In this document: positions 20,110-29,330 of the stretch, piece after piece | How the letters are laid out: each line of letters begins with the position of its first letter | Position numbering within the stretch: the stretch's first letter is position 1 | NCBI GenBank assembly: GCA_043758385.1 | Contig: JAYVNP010000119.1 | Span: 151-64,150 of the forward strand | Source of the DNA: Saprospiraceae bacterium | GTDB taxonomy: Bacteria > Bacteroidota > Bacteroidia > Chitinophagales > Saprospiraceae | Length of the DNA: 64,000 nucleotides | Reading direction: 5' to 3' | The notes under the pieces: model-generated | Databases searched by the model: none | The model's input: the letters and a program-made list of their open reading frames with translations, nothing else | Told to the model about the DNA's origin: nothing | Made by a program: the position numbers and the translations under genes

Positions 20110-20186
20110 AATAAAAGAGAACCAACCAAAAATGTATGAAAAAACTTAACTTAGTGCAAAATTAAACTTTGAGAACATCTTCAACG

Positions 20187-21131
20187 TTACCCCAATATTA
20201 ACTTTATAGTTAAGACAGTTTGTCGCGCAATCGTAAACTTCTGATAACTCGGTTGCGCGCCTTTGCGCTGAATACTCACCACATATTCACCTGTTTGCCA
20301 CGCTTGCGTATTAATTTCAAACTTGCCCTCACCTTGTGCTGTGAATTTTGTGACGTACAAAGTTTGTCCCGACAAAGTATTAAACCCGACGGTGAGTTCT
20401 GTGGCTTGCTCGTAATTGTAATGCAGATACAAAACATCATCGGAGGGATTGGGTGCAAAGCGAATGGAATTATTACCCAATGCCGCGTTTTGCGCTTGCG
20501 CTTGCGCAATACTATCTTGCAATCGCTGCGCTTCGGTACGATTTTGCACCGCTAATTGCTGAATATCCGGCACAAGAATTTTGGGTTGTGCAATGGCTAC
20601 TTTTGACGGCAGCATCGCGCCGATTTTGTTACCCGTTGTGTTGCGCACCGTGAAAACAGGTATTGTAATTTCACTTTTGCGTGCGCCTTCTTTAATTTCT
20701 ATTTTGTCGCGGTCGTCGCTCAGGTGAATAAACACTACTGCTTTTGCACCCTTTTTTTGCGCACTCACTGCCATGTCTGTTGCATCTGTGCATTTTCCCA
20801 TGTCAATCACCGCCACTTTACCTGCTACATCGCCACTAATTTGCGCACAACCGTGCGTTACTTTTAGCTGTTTGTAGCTGTTGCGTTGTTTGCAACTGTC
20901 GCACGTTTTGGCAGTCCACGTGTGGAGTGTATCAACACCTAAAACCATTTCGCCCAGAAATGCACCTTTGCTAAAAAGTGTTTTAACATCTGCGCCAAAA
21001 CCTGCGGGTGCAATGCGGTATTTTGCGCCTGTGTTAAAAACAGAGAGCATAATGGTGTCGTACCGCGCTGTTTGAGCGCGCATTTGTAATGTAGTTGCAA
21101 CTACATAAATTAAAATTATGTATTTTCTCAT
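20187..21131 (-). CDS. Secreted PA (protease-associated) domain protein with T9SS-type C-terminal domain
   Basis: Signal peptide; GKVAVIDMGKC..AQKKGAKAVVFIH PA-domain pattern; C-terminal RFAPNPSDDVLYLHY..GEYVVSIQ beta-sandwich. Confidence 0.6.
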   Translation of the reverse strand: MRKYIILIYVVATTLQMRAQTARYDTIMLSVFNTGAKYRIAPAGFGADVKTLFSKGAFLGEMVLGVDTLHTWTAKTCDSCKQRNSYKQLKVTHGCAQISGDVAGKVAVIDMGKCTDATDMAVSAQKKGAKAVVFIHLSDDRDKIEIKEGARKSEITIPVFTVRNTTGNKIGAMLPSKVAIAQPKILVPDIQQLAVQNRTEAQRLQDSIAQAQAQNAALGNNSIRFAPNPSDDVLYLHYNYEQATELTVGFNTLSGQTLYVTKFTAQGEGKFEINTQAWQTGEYVVSIQRKGAQPSYQKFTIARQTVLTIKLILG

Positions 21132-21171
21132 TGTTTAATTATTAAAAATTTTCAAGAAAGCAAATTTTGTT

Positions 21172-21441
21172 TTAGAAGTTCTGTGCACTGATCTTTTTTT
21201 ACCCTTTCATTTGGATCTAAAAAAATTTTAGAACCTCTTCTTCATCTCTATCTCAATCGATTAAGTAAATTTCAAGCTAACCTGAAGACCATATATCAAA
21301 GCCGCCATCTTTACTATTACCTTTAAATTCGTTTCGATCTAAATCACCAAAGTCTCCATCCTTAAAAGATCTAAATTCTATTTCAAATCCTTTTGATTTA
21401 AACTGCTTGAAAAAACTCTTAACCCATAAAAAATCTTTCAT
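21172..21441 (-). pseudogene. Decayed small gene (immunity-like) with four in-frame stops
   Basis: Own translation: MKDFLWVKSFF..GGFDIWSSG*LEIYLID*DRDEEEVLKFF*IQMKG*. The first two stops (TAG, TGA) sit where TGG/Trp would fit. Confidence 0.3.
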
Positions 21442-21449
21442 ATTTACGA

Positions 21450-21806
21450 TTATGATAAAGCAACATTTTCTGAAGGAACTAAAATAAAATAGTGTGTTGG
21501 AGTTTCTCCTTTGTGATACTCCGCTATATACTTTCTTGATTCATAGGCACTTCTCCTTACAAAGGCATTAAGGTCTTCGTTTAGTCCCTTATCATTGAAC
21601 CAACTATCATATGTTAGAACCAATTTGCCCTTAATCAAGGTACAAACATCTCCCCCTAATATAGGTGAACCAAGCATTTCAAGTTTCGAAATAGCATCAT
21701 AAGCTTGTTCTTCTTTTAAGCCCCAGTTATTTATTCCAATAGTATCTAATGGAATCCCAACAGATAAAATCTCTAAAATTTTAGTACTCCAAATAAAAGA
21801 ATTCAT
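21450..21806 (-). CDS. Putative polymorphic-toxin immunity protein (GGD-motif type)
   Basis: 118 aa, cytoplasmic. Starts 7 nt after the toxin-like fragment. WG..EE..A...L..LG.PILGGDV pattern resembles immunity families; not verified by search. Confidence 0.4.
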   Translation of the reverse strand: MNSFIWSTKILEILSVGIPLDTIGINNWGLKEEQAYDAISKLEMLGSPILGGDVCTLIKGKLVLTYDSWFNDKGLNEDLNAFVRRSAYESRKYIAEYHKGETPTHYFILVPSENVALS

Positions 21807-21813
21807 AATTAAT

Positions 21814-22128
21814 TTATTTATGCTCTACAAAAAGCCTGTGATTGATAGAACCATCGGATTCTTTTATAAATTCAAAATGGCCTTTTTTACCTTTAAAAGA
21901 TCCTGATATCTCTAATTTCAGTCTCTTAACATTATCGCTTCCAATTATCTCAGAAACAACTCCATCGTGCTCAAAAGCTTTTATATTTTCAGGGAAACTA
22001 TGAAAATCACCACTACGCATTTGTAGTTTTACTTTTTGAGTATAAACTGTCCCATCAAAAAAGCTATTACTTTTAGCAACTAGACTTTCAGTAAGTTCAG
22101 TTGTTCTCGCCCCTATAGACCCCGATCG
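21814..22128 (-). pseudogene. Orphan 3' fragment of a toxin-like gene, truncated at its 5' end
   Basis: The frame is open upstream of the track's Met back to a stop at 22129-22131, with no plausible start and no N-terminal domain. Confidence 0.35.
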
Positions 22129-22192
22129 CTACAAGTCTTACGAAAATTACCAAAGCTTGTTAAACTATCTACCCCTCTTCCAATAACGCAGT

Positions 22193-22471
22193 CGCTTGTT
22201 TCAGTTTTCAAACTGAAATCTACTATTTTACGGTCTTTGACCGCTTTCTAAAACTGAGCCAGATTATATGTTTGAACTTCAACCATAAGAAATGAGAAAT
22301 TCAGACATTTTATTAATGCGTCCTCAATTTCAAATTACTTTGAAAAAAAATATGTTCAAACGTTAAGAATATACAATTTCTACTTAACCTTTAAGAATAC
22401 TTGATAGAACTAACAAGTAAGCGTCTGAGACGCTAAAATAACAGGATTCAGTTTGAAAACTGAATCAAGCG
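22193..22471. repeat. Pair of inverted 27-28-bp repeats, each with an internal 9-bp-stem palindrome, bracketing about 225 bp of non-coding DNA (MITE-like)
   Basis: cgcttgtttcagttttcaaactgaaatc (22193-22220) versus the reverse complement of gattcagtttgaaaactgaatcaagcg (22445-22471). Confidence 0.7.
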
Positions 22472-22671
22472 GCTTTTTAAAACGTAGTAGTTTTAATATT
22501 AAAATATTCAAAAATTCCCGCAATTGACACAAAATTGTAAAATTTTCCGTTCAAGTTACTAAAGTGCATCTTTTTTTATTTTAAATACGATATTTGAGTT
22601 GTAAATAATAATCCGACGGTATTATTAGCGAAACGTGCTCACAGTTCATGGCTCACAGTTTATAAAAGTTT

Positions 22672-23664
22672 ATGCAACTCAACAAGATTAATATTTTTTT
22701 CTTCATCTCAGCTTTTTTAACGCTGTTGGTTTTTGGCTGGTGGACAAAACTTTTATTGACAAAAAATGAAGAGAGTTGGGAATTTAAAATCAAAATTTTT
22801 CAGCTCGAGCAAAAAATTCAGCATACTTTTATTGAAGACCAAGACGTAAAAAAATTACCCGAAGTGATTGAAATGCGCTCCGATTGGCATCAGCAACAGA
22901 ACTTTATTTTATTTCAAGGTTCATTTTTTTTAATTGCGTTACTATTCGGTATCTGGAAAATTAGAGACGCTATCAATAAAGATATTGATAATAATTTGGC
23001 GCGTTCAAACTTTATGTTTTCTATCACGCACGAATTAAAATCGCCGATTGCTGCTATTTCTTTAGCGCTGCAAACACTGAATCGCCGTGAATTTGACACA
23101 TCTAAACGGCAAGAACTCACGCAAAATGCGATGGAAGATATTGAACGCTTGAGTTTTTTGGTTGATAATATTTTATTGGCGGCGCAACTACAGAATTATG
23201 CACCCCATTTTCAACCGCTCGATTTTTCAAAAATTCTTTCCGATTTAACTGATACTTTTTCGGATAAGTTTCCGAATGCACATTTCAAATTCGATGAAGT
23301 TAATTTACCGCCTATTAATGGCGATAAGCAAAGTTTATACTCCCTGTTTTCTAATTTAATTGAAAACGCGTTGAAATATTCGGGCGAAAAACCTGAAATA
23401 TTTGTACGATTAGAACACGCCCAAGATAAATTTATTTGCGACGTGTGCGATAACGGCGTCGGTGTTCCGTTGAGTGAACGCCGAAAAATTTTTGATCGTT
23501 TTTATCGCATCGGCAATGAGTTGACGCGTAAAAGTAAAGGAACAGGTTTAGGATTATTTATTGTAGCAGAAATTGTAAAAATTCATGGCGGCACTATTCG
23601 CGTGTTGGATAATCAACCTAAAGGTTCGATTTTCAGAGTGACGTTGCCGTCGCAAATAATTTAA
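22672..23664 (+). CDS. Membrane sensor histidine kinase
   Basis: Two TM segments; H-box SITHELKSP; N-box NLIENALKYS; G-boxes DNGVG and GTGLGL. Confidence 0.88.
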   Translation: MQLNKINIFFFISAFLTLLVFGWWTKLLLTKNEESWEFKIKIFQLEQKIQHTFIEDQDVKKLPEVIEMRSDWHQQQNFILFQGSFFLIALLFGIWKIRDAINKDIDNNLARSNFMFSITHELKSPIAAISLALQTLNRREFDTSKRQELTQNAMEDIERLSFLVDNILLAAQLQNYAPHFQPLDFSKILSDLTDTFSDKFPNAHFKFDEVNLPPINGDKQSLYSLFSNLIENALKYSGEKPEIFVRLEHAQDKFICDVCDNGVGVPLSERRKIFDRFYRIGNELTRKSKGTGLGLFIVAEIVKIHGGTIRVLDNQPKGSIFRVTLPSQII

Positions 23665-23673
23665 GAGCAAAGA

Positions 23674-23745
23674 GAAAACGCAAATGATTTTGAAAACGCA
23701 AATGATTTTGAAAACGCAAATGATTTCATTTTTCATTTTTCATTC
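23674..23745. repeat. Tandem repeat: 3 x 18 bp (gaaaacgcaaatgatttt) followed by cattttt units
   Basis: Read directly. It fills most of the 95-nt spacer between the kinase and regulator genes. Confidence 0.95.
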
Positions 23746-23759
23746 TTTAATTTTTAGTC

Positions 23760-24443
23760 ATGCGCATATTATTAGTTGAAGACGAGCAGAATATTCGGAA
23801 ACTCTTGAAAATGAATTTAGAATGGGAGAATTACGAAGTGGTTGAGGTATCGGACGGCAAGCAAGCCGTTATACTTTCGCACGATCAGCATTTCGATCTT
23901 ATCATTCTCGACGTGATGCTACCCGAAGTGAGTGGTTTCGATGCTTGTGAGCAAATTCGATTGAGAAATTCGGAGGTACCGATTATTTTTTTAACTGCCC
24001 GAGATACACCACAAGATCGAATTTTTGGCTTAAAAAAAGGTGGCGACGATTACCTGACAAAACCGTTTCAGATAGAAGAATTAATTTTACGCGTCAATAA
24101 TTTAATTCGCAGGAGTAATAAGACTGTAGCGGAAGCTTTAGAAACTTTTTCCTTCGGAGGAAACACAGTAAACTTTGTGACGATGGAAGCGCAATGTCTG
24201 AATGGAAATATAAAGCTCACAAAAAAAGAAATGTTGCTACTTAAACTTTTAGTAGAGCGCAAAAACGAAGTGATTAGTAGAAACCAAATTTTACAAGCCG
24301 TTTGGGGTTACGATGTTTACCCTTCAACGCGAACGATTGATAATTTTATTCTCAATTTTAGAAAATATTTTGAGTCCGACCCAGGTGAACCAAAGTTTTT
24401 TATGTCAATCAGAAGTGTGGGGTATAAATTTGTAATGAATTGA
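23760..24443 (+). CDS. OmpR/PhoB-family response regulator
   Basis: Receiver domain (DLIILDVMLP, K at DDYLTKPF) plus winged-helix C-terminus (SIRSVGYKF). Confidence 0.9.
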   Translation: MRILLVEDEQNIRKLLKMNLEWENYEVVEVSDGKQAVILSHDQHFDLIILDVMLPEVSGFDACEQIRLRNSEVPIIFLTARDTPQDRIFGLKKGGDDYLTKPFQIEELILRVNNLIRRSNKTVAEALETFSFGGNTVNFVTMEAQCLNGNIKLTKKEMLLLKLLVERKNEVISRNQILQAVWGYDVYPSTRTIDNFILNFRKYFESDPGEPKFFMSIRSVGYKFVMN

Positions 24444-24478
24444 AGTATGAAAAAGTAGAAAACTTAAATTTCGATTTT

Positions 24479-25426
24479 TCAAAACCCAAAACCGCCGTAA
24501 AACCATTTTACAATTTGTGTGTAAATCGGTATGCCTAAAATAATATTGAAAGGAAAAGTTACGCCCAATGCCGCTGATAAATAGTAAGTTGGATTGGCAT
24601 TCGGAATGGATAAGCGTGCAGCGGTGGGTGCTGCAATGTACGAAGCACTCGCTGCCATTGTACCCAAAACAATAGCACCACCCATCGATAAGTTTAAGAA
24701 TTTAGCGAAAAGCATACCGATTGTAAAAGAAATACACGGCATAATTACGCCAAAAGCGATGAGTTTGATACCGATAGTTTTTAAATCGGAAAATCTTTCG
24801 GCAGTAACTATGCCCATTTCGAGCATAAAAATTGCCAAAAAACCTTTGAATAAATCGAGGAAGAAAAAATTGAGTTGTTTGTTCCCACTGTATGATATAA
24901 AGGCACCTATAATTAAACCGCCTAACAAAAGCATCATGCTTTTGCCAAAAAAAATTTCATGGAAAATGTCTCCAAATTTAGTTTCTTTGGTTTTTCTGGC
25001 ATAATTAAAAATGATAAGTGCCACTGCAATAGCCGGCACTTCGAGCATTACCAAAAGTACGGTCATAAACTCCTCATAAGGAATTTGTTTAGAGTTCATA
25101 TAACTCGTAACAACAGCAAATGTAACGGCACTTACCGAACCGTAGTGCATGGCTATGGCTGCGGCATTGTCTAAATTAAATTTTAAAATTTTTTGTAAAA
25201 TCAAAAAAGCTACGATGGTAATAATTATTCCGAGAATTAGCGTGCCTAAAATGGGCAAAATAACTTTACTAAATTCGGTTTTGTACAATTCAATACCCCC
25301 TTTAATACCAATAGAAAGCAAAAGATAAATGCTGAGTACGTTGTAGAAACTTTGTGGAATCCGTAAATCAGATTTAACTAAGCAAGCAATAAAACCTAAC
25401 AAGAAAAAAAGAATAACTGGATCCAT
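24479..25426 (-). CDS. Sodium-dependent bicarbonate transporter family permease (SbtA/DUF897-like)
   Basis: About 10 TM segments, 315 aa, family-typical length and pattern; divergent neighbour is a carbonic anhydrase. Confidence 0.65.
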   Translation of the reverse strand: MDPVILFFLLGFIACLVKSDLRIPQSFYNVLSIYLLLSIGIKGGIELYKTEFSKVILPILGTLILGIIITIVAFLILQKILKFNLDNAAAIAMHYGSVSAVTFAVVTSYMNSKQIPYEEFMTVLLVMLEVPAIAVALIIFNYARKTKETKFGDIFHEIFFGKSMMLLLGGLIIGAFISYSGNKQLNFFFLDLFKGFLAIFMLEMGIVTAERFSDLKTIGIKLIAFGVIMPCISFTIGMLFAKFLNLSMGGAIVLGTMAASASYIAAPTAARLSIPNANPTYYLSAALGVTFPFNIILGIPIYTQIVKWFYGGFGF

Positions 25427-25602
25427 CGTTTTGAATTTAATTTAGATTTTATTATTTAAACCGACACGTTTTATGTTAAAACGCAAAATGTACAAATCAA
25501 AGAGTTATCTTTGTTTTAAAAAAACTATGAGATCGTATTGCAGACACAAATATAAGGTCTGGATTAATATTTTTAAAATTCAAGCCTGATAATTAATTTT
25601 GA

Positions 25603-26232
25603 ATGACCGTTTACGAAAGACTATTAAACAATAACGAACAATGGGCAGCAAAAAAAGTCCAAGAAGATCCGGAATATTTTAATCGGCTTGTCAATGTTCA
25701 ATCACCACAATTTTTATGGATTGGTTGCTCCGACTCGCGCGTGCCACCTAACGAAATTACACAAACCGAACCTGGTGAAGTTTTTATTCATCGCAACGTC
25801 GCAAATTTGGTTGTGCATACCGATATGAATATGCTCTCGGTTTTGCAATATGCCGTTGAAATTTTAGAAGTAAAGCACATTATTGTGTGTGGGCATTATG
25901 GTTGTGGTGGTGTTAAAGCGGCACTAACCACCAAGAATTATGGACTAATTGATAACTGGTTGCGCAACATAAAAGATGTGTATCGGCTATATCAAGAGAA
26001 AATTGAAGCATTACCCGAAAAAAATAGATTCAACGAACTTGTAAGGCTTAATATATACGAGCAGTCGCTCAATGTAGCCAAAACAACGATTGTTCAAAAA
26101 GCATGGGCAAACGGCAATAATATTTCTATACACGGTTGGGTGTATGATTTACGCGACGGCATCATTGATCCAATTTGCGAAATTGATGCCCTTACAAATT
26201 GGGATAATCCGATTTATCGGTTTAAGGATTAG
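25603..26232 (+). CDS. can: Beta-class carbonic anhydrase
   Basis: FLWIGCSDSRVPPNEI..HRNVANLV..VCGHYGCGGV closely mirrors E. coli Can. Confidence 0.92.
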   Translation: MTVYERLLNNNEQWAAKKVQEDPEYFNRLVNVQSPQFLWIGCSDSRVPPNEITQTEPGEVFIHRNVANLVVHTDMNMLSVLQYAVEILEVKHIIVCGHYGCGGVKAALTTKNYGLIDNWLRNIKDVYRLYQEKIEALPEKNRFNELVRLNIYEQSLNVAKTTIVQKAWANGNNISIHGWVYDLRDGIIDPICEIDALTNWDNPIYRFKD

Positions 26233-26287
26233 GTTTTGTATTTTAGAATTGGGAAAAATGACTTAACTTTGTACGTAAATTTTAAAT

Positions 26288-26896
26288 ATGACAGAAGTAG
26301 TAAATCTCTCACAACTCGATCCAAACGGAGAATACTCATACTCTGATTACTTGACATGGAAATTTGAACAAGCCATTGAAATTTTCAAAGGGAAAATTTT
26401 TCCGATGGCGAGTCCGAGTAGCACGCATCAAAGAGTGGCACTTAGGATTATTAATGGGCTTGAAAAGTATTTGATAGCAAAGCCTTGTGAACTATTCATA
26501 GCTCCTTTAGATGTTCGATTGTACGACAGAAAAAAATCGCTTAAAGCAGATAAAGATATTTTAACCGTTTTGCAACCCGACTTATTTATCGTGTGTGACC
26601 TTAATAAATTGGAAGAGCGCGGTTGCCTCGGTGCACCAGATTTAGTGATTGAAATACTTTCGCCGGGTAACTCAAAACGAGAAATGAAAATTAAGAAAGA
26701 ACTGTACGAAGAATCGGGCGTAAGAGAGTATTGGATTGTTGACCCAAACCACGAAACAGTTGCGCGATTCAATATAGAAACCGAAGAAAAATTTGGAAAC
26801 CCGAAGATGTTCTCGAGCGATGATGAATTAAACAGTATTATTTTTCCGGATTTGATTTTAGATTTAAATAAAGTTTTTCCTGCCGAAATACTTTAA
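26288..26896 (+). CDS. Uma2-family (DUF820) endonuclease
   Basis: PDLVIEILSPGN..E...K...Y...GV.EYWIVDP signature. Confidence 0.8.
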   Translation: MTEVVNLSQLDPNGEYSYSDYLTWKFEQAIEIFKGKIFPMASPSSTHQRVALRIINGLEKYLIAKPCELFIAPLDVRLYDRKKSLKADKDILTVLQPDLFIVCDLNKLEERGCLGAPDLVIEILSPGNSKREMKIKKELYEESGVREYWIVDPNHETVARFNIETEEKFGNPKMFSSDDELNSIIFPDLILDLNKVFPAEIL

Positions 26897-26914
26897 AAGT
26901 TTTTTAAAAAATAC

Positions 26915-28396
26915 TCAAAATGCTCTGGCAGCGCGCACCGCAGCTTTCCAACTTTTGTACAATTTTTCGCGATTAACTTTCGCCATATTGGGTGTAAAAA
27001 TCTTATCTACTTTTCTGTGGTGAGCAATATCGTTTAAGTCTTTCCAATAACCTATTTGTAAACCTGCAAAATACGCTGCACCGAGTGCCGTTGATTCTTG
27101 CATAATCGGTCGTTCAATCGGTACGTGCAAAATATTGCTCTGAAACTGCATCAAAAAATTATTCGCTACCGCGCCACCATCAACACGCAACGTTTTAAGT
27201 TTTGTTTTCGATTCGCGTACCATCACCATTAAAACGTCTTTGGTTTGGTAGGCAATACTTTCTAAAGTGGCACGCGCAATGTGCGCTTTAGTTGTGCCAC
27301 GCGTTAAACCAAACAACGCACCGCGCACACTCGAATCCCAATAAGGTGTACCCAAACCAACAAACGCAGGAACGAAAATTACACCGCCGTTGCTATCGAC
27401 GGCATTTGACATTTTTTCTGTTTCAGCCGCGTTTTCAATAATTTCGAGGTTATCGCGTAGAAACTTTACCGCCGAACCCGCCACAAAAACCGATCCTTCG
27501 AGTGCATAAGTAATTTCATTATTCAATCCCCAAGCAATGGTAGTGAGCAAACCTTTGTGCGATGTAATTGCTTGCGCGCCGGTGTTCATCAACATGAAAC
27601 AACCTGTGCCATAAGTATTTTTGGCGTCGCCCGTTTCAAAACATGTTTGACCAAACAATGCCGCTTGCTGATCGCCCGCCATGCCTGCAATCGTTATATC
27701 ATCTCTTCCAAAAATATCTTTGCGCGTTGTACCAAAATCGTGAGAACAGTTGTGCACAGTTGGTAACATCGAAGCTGGAACGCGCAGTGCAGCACAAATT
27801 TCAGCATCCCATTTTTTTTCATGAATGTTATAAAGCATCGTGCGCGAAGCATTCGTATAATCGGTGGCGTGATTTTTTTCGTTACTTAAATTCCAGAGCA
27901 GCCACGTATCAATCGTACCAAAAAGCAATTCGCCATTTTGCGCTTGTTGCAAAGTGCCGGGTACGTTGTCGAAGATCCATTTAATTTTTGAACCTGAAAA
28001 ATAGGCATCAACGAGTAGTCCCGTTTTTTCGTGAATACTTTTTGCTAAACCTGCTTCTTTGAGTGCTTCGCATTGCGGCACTGATTGACGACTTTGCCAC
28101 ACGAGTGCATTGTACACAGATACGCCCGTTTTTTTATTCCATACTACCGTTGTTTCGCGTTGATTAGTAATACCGACAGCCGCGATGTTTTCCGCGCCGA
28201 CTCTGTAAACAACTTCGTTTATTGCCCAGCGAATCGAGTCTAAAATTTCCATCGGGTTGTGTTCCACCCAACCTTCTTTCGGAAAAATTTGCTCGAACTC
28301 TTTTTGAGCAATTGTAATAATGTGTCCGTGTTTATCGAAAACGATAGCGCGCGAACTCGTTGTACCTTGATCTATGGCGAGAATATATTTCATCAA
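26915..28396 (-). CDS. glpK: Glycerol kinase
   Basis: [17 protein letters not shown]; [12 protein letters not shown]; end-to-end FGGY kinase layout. Confidence 0.95.
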   Translation of the reverse strand: MMKYILAIDQGTTSSRAIVFDKHGHIITIAQKEFEQIFPKEGWVEHNPMEILDSIRWAINEVVYRVGAENIAAVGITNQRETTVVWNKKTGVSVYNALVWQSRQSVPQCEALKEAGLAKSIHEKTGLLVDAYFSGSKIKWIFDNVPGTLQQAQNGELLFGTIDTWLLWNLSNEKNHATDYTNASRTMLYNIHEKKWDAEICAALRVPASMLPTVHNCSHDFGTTRKDIFGRDDITIAGMAGDQQAALFGQTCFETGDAKNTYGTGCFMLMNTGAQAITSHKGLLTTIAWGLNNEITYALEGSVFVAGSAVKFLRDNLEIIENAAETEKMSNAVDSNGGVIFVPAFVGLGTPYWDSSVRGALFGLTRGTTKAHIARATLESIAYQTKDVLMVMVRESKTKLKTLRVDGGAVANNFLMQFQSNILHVPIERPIMQESTALGAAYFAGLQIGYWKDLNDIAHHRKVDKIFTPNMAKVNREKLYKSWKAAVRAARAF

Positions 28397-28819
28397 TCGA
28401 AAAATTTTTATAGAAAAACTATTATTTGGGCTAAATTATGAAATAATTCTTTGTTGAGAAACTTATTCATAAAGGCTAATGTTTTAGAAACAAAAAGAAG
28501 GTAAAAAAATTTTATTTTAATGCTATTTTGAGTCTTTTCGAGATAAAATTTTGACTTTATTTCAGCACAAAGAATAAAAAAGGAAGCAATAACTGCCTTA
28601 ATATCTAATAGCCGAAAGGATAACAAATCACTTTCCAAATAAGTTATAGTTCTTAATGTTTTGCTCCGTGTTAAATTGTTAAATATTTCCTAAAATAGAT
28701 CCAAAGTATTGCAGTGTTTGCCTTTTTATCTATTTTTGATTTTAGTGTGCATTTTTAGAATTCGTCACTACAATCATATAAACAATTTGAGTAAACAAAA
28801 TTCATGTAAGTATAGATGT

Positions 28820-29197
28820 ATGCACTCTGTTGGCAACGTCAACAAAATTAATTTCCAAGTCAAAAGTTTGGGCCTGGCGATTCTCATGATTTTTTCTTTA
28901 CTGACCAAAGAATTACATCATCTCAGCCCACTTCATAATGCAATCGTCAAAAATTGCGCTACAACTAATGCAGATAATTGTAGGATGTATAGAGTGCACT
29001 TACATGGTGCTGATTTCATACCTCATGAATGTTCTTTGTGTGATTTTACTTTTTCTGTTTATGAATTTAATTTACCTAAAATAAATGTGGCTCAGGTTGA
29101 AAATATTCAACACCTACTTTCAAAAATACATTACGCCTCATTCATCTCTAATAACTCCTATCTTTTCTCATCGCTTCGTGCACCGCCTTTTGTTTAA
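28820..29197 (+). CDS. Small Cys/His-rich membrane-anchored protein ending in ..RAPPFV (DUF2946 / HYC_CC_PP-like?)
   Basis: One TM segment (LGLAILMIFSLL), then HHLSPLH..C..C..HLH..HECSLCDF..SLRAPPFV. Lies directly upstream of a TonB receptor. ATG at 28820 preferred. Confidence 0.35.
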   Translation: MHSVGNVNKINFQVKSLGLAILMIFSLLTKELHHLSPLHNAIVKNCATTNADNCRMYRVHLHGADFIPHECSLCDFTFSVYEFNLPKINVAQVENIQHLLSKIHYASFISNNSYLFSSLRAPPFV

Positions 29198-29330
29198 GTA
29201 TTTAATAATAGTAAAATAGGAATAATAATTCCTGATTTATTTCTCTGAAAAAATATTTTTTACTTTCGATATTTCTTGTTAGGGTACTCTTGTATCCCCT
29301 AACAGATATATCCATATCAATTCAATAGTC

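Noticed and set aside
21172-21441. Alternative genetic code (TGA/TAG read as sense) to explain in-frame stops here and at 62769
   Set aside because: All other genes in the window give full-length, motif-complete proteins under the standard code and terminate normally. Pseudogenisation is simpler.
23554-23736. 60-aa minus-strand ORF (..IICVFKIICVFKIICVF..)
   Set aside because: It reads through the 18-bp tandem repeat and overlaps the kinase gene end. Repeat artefact.
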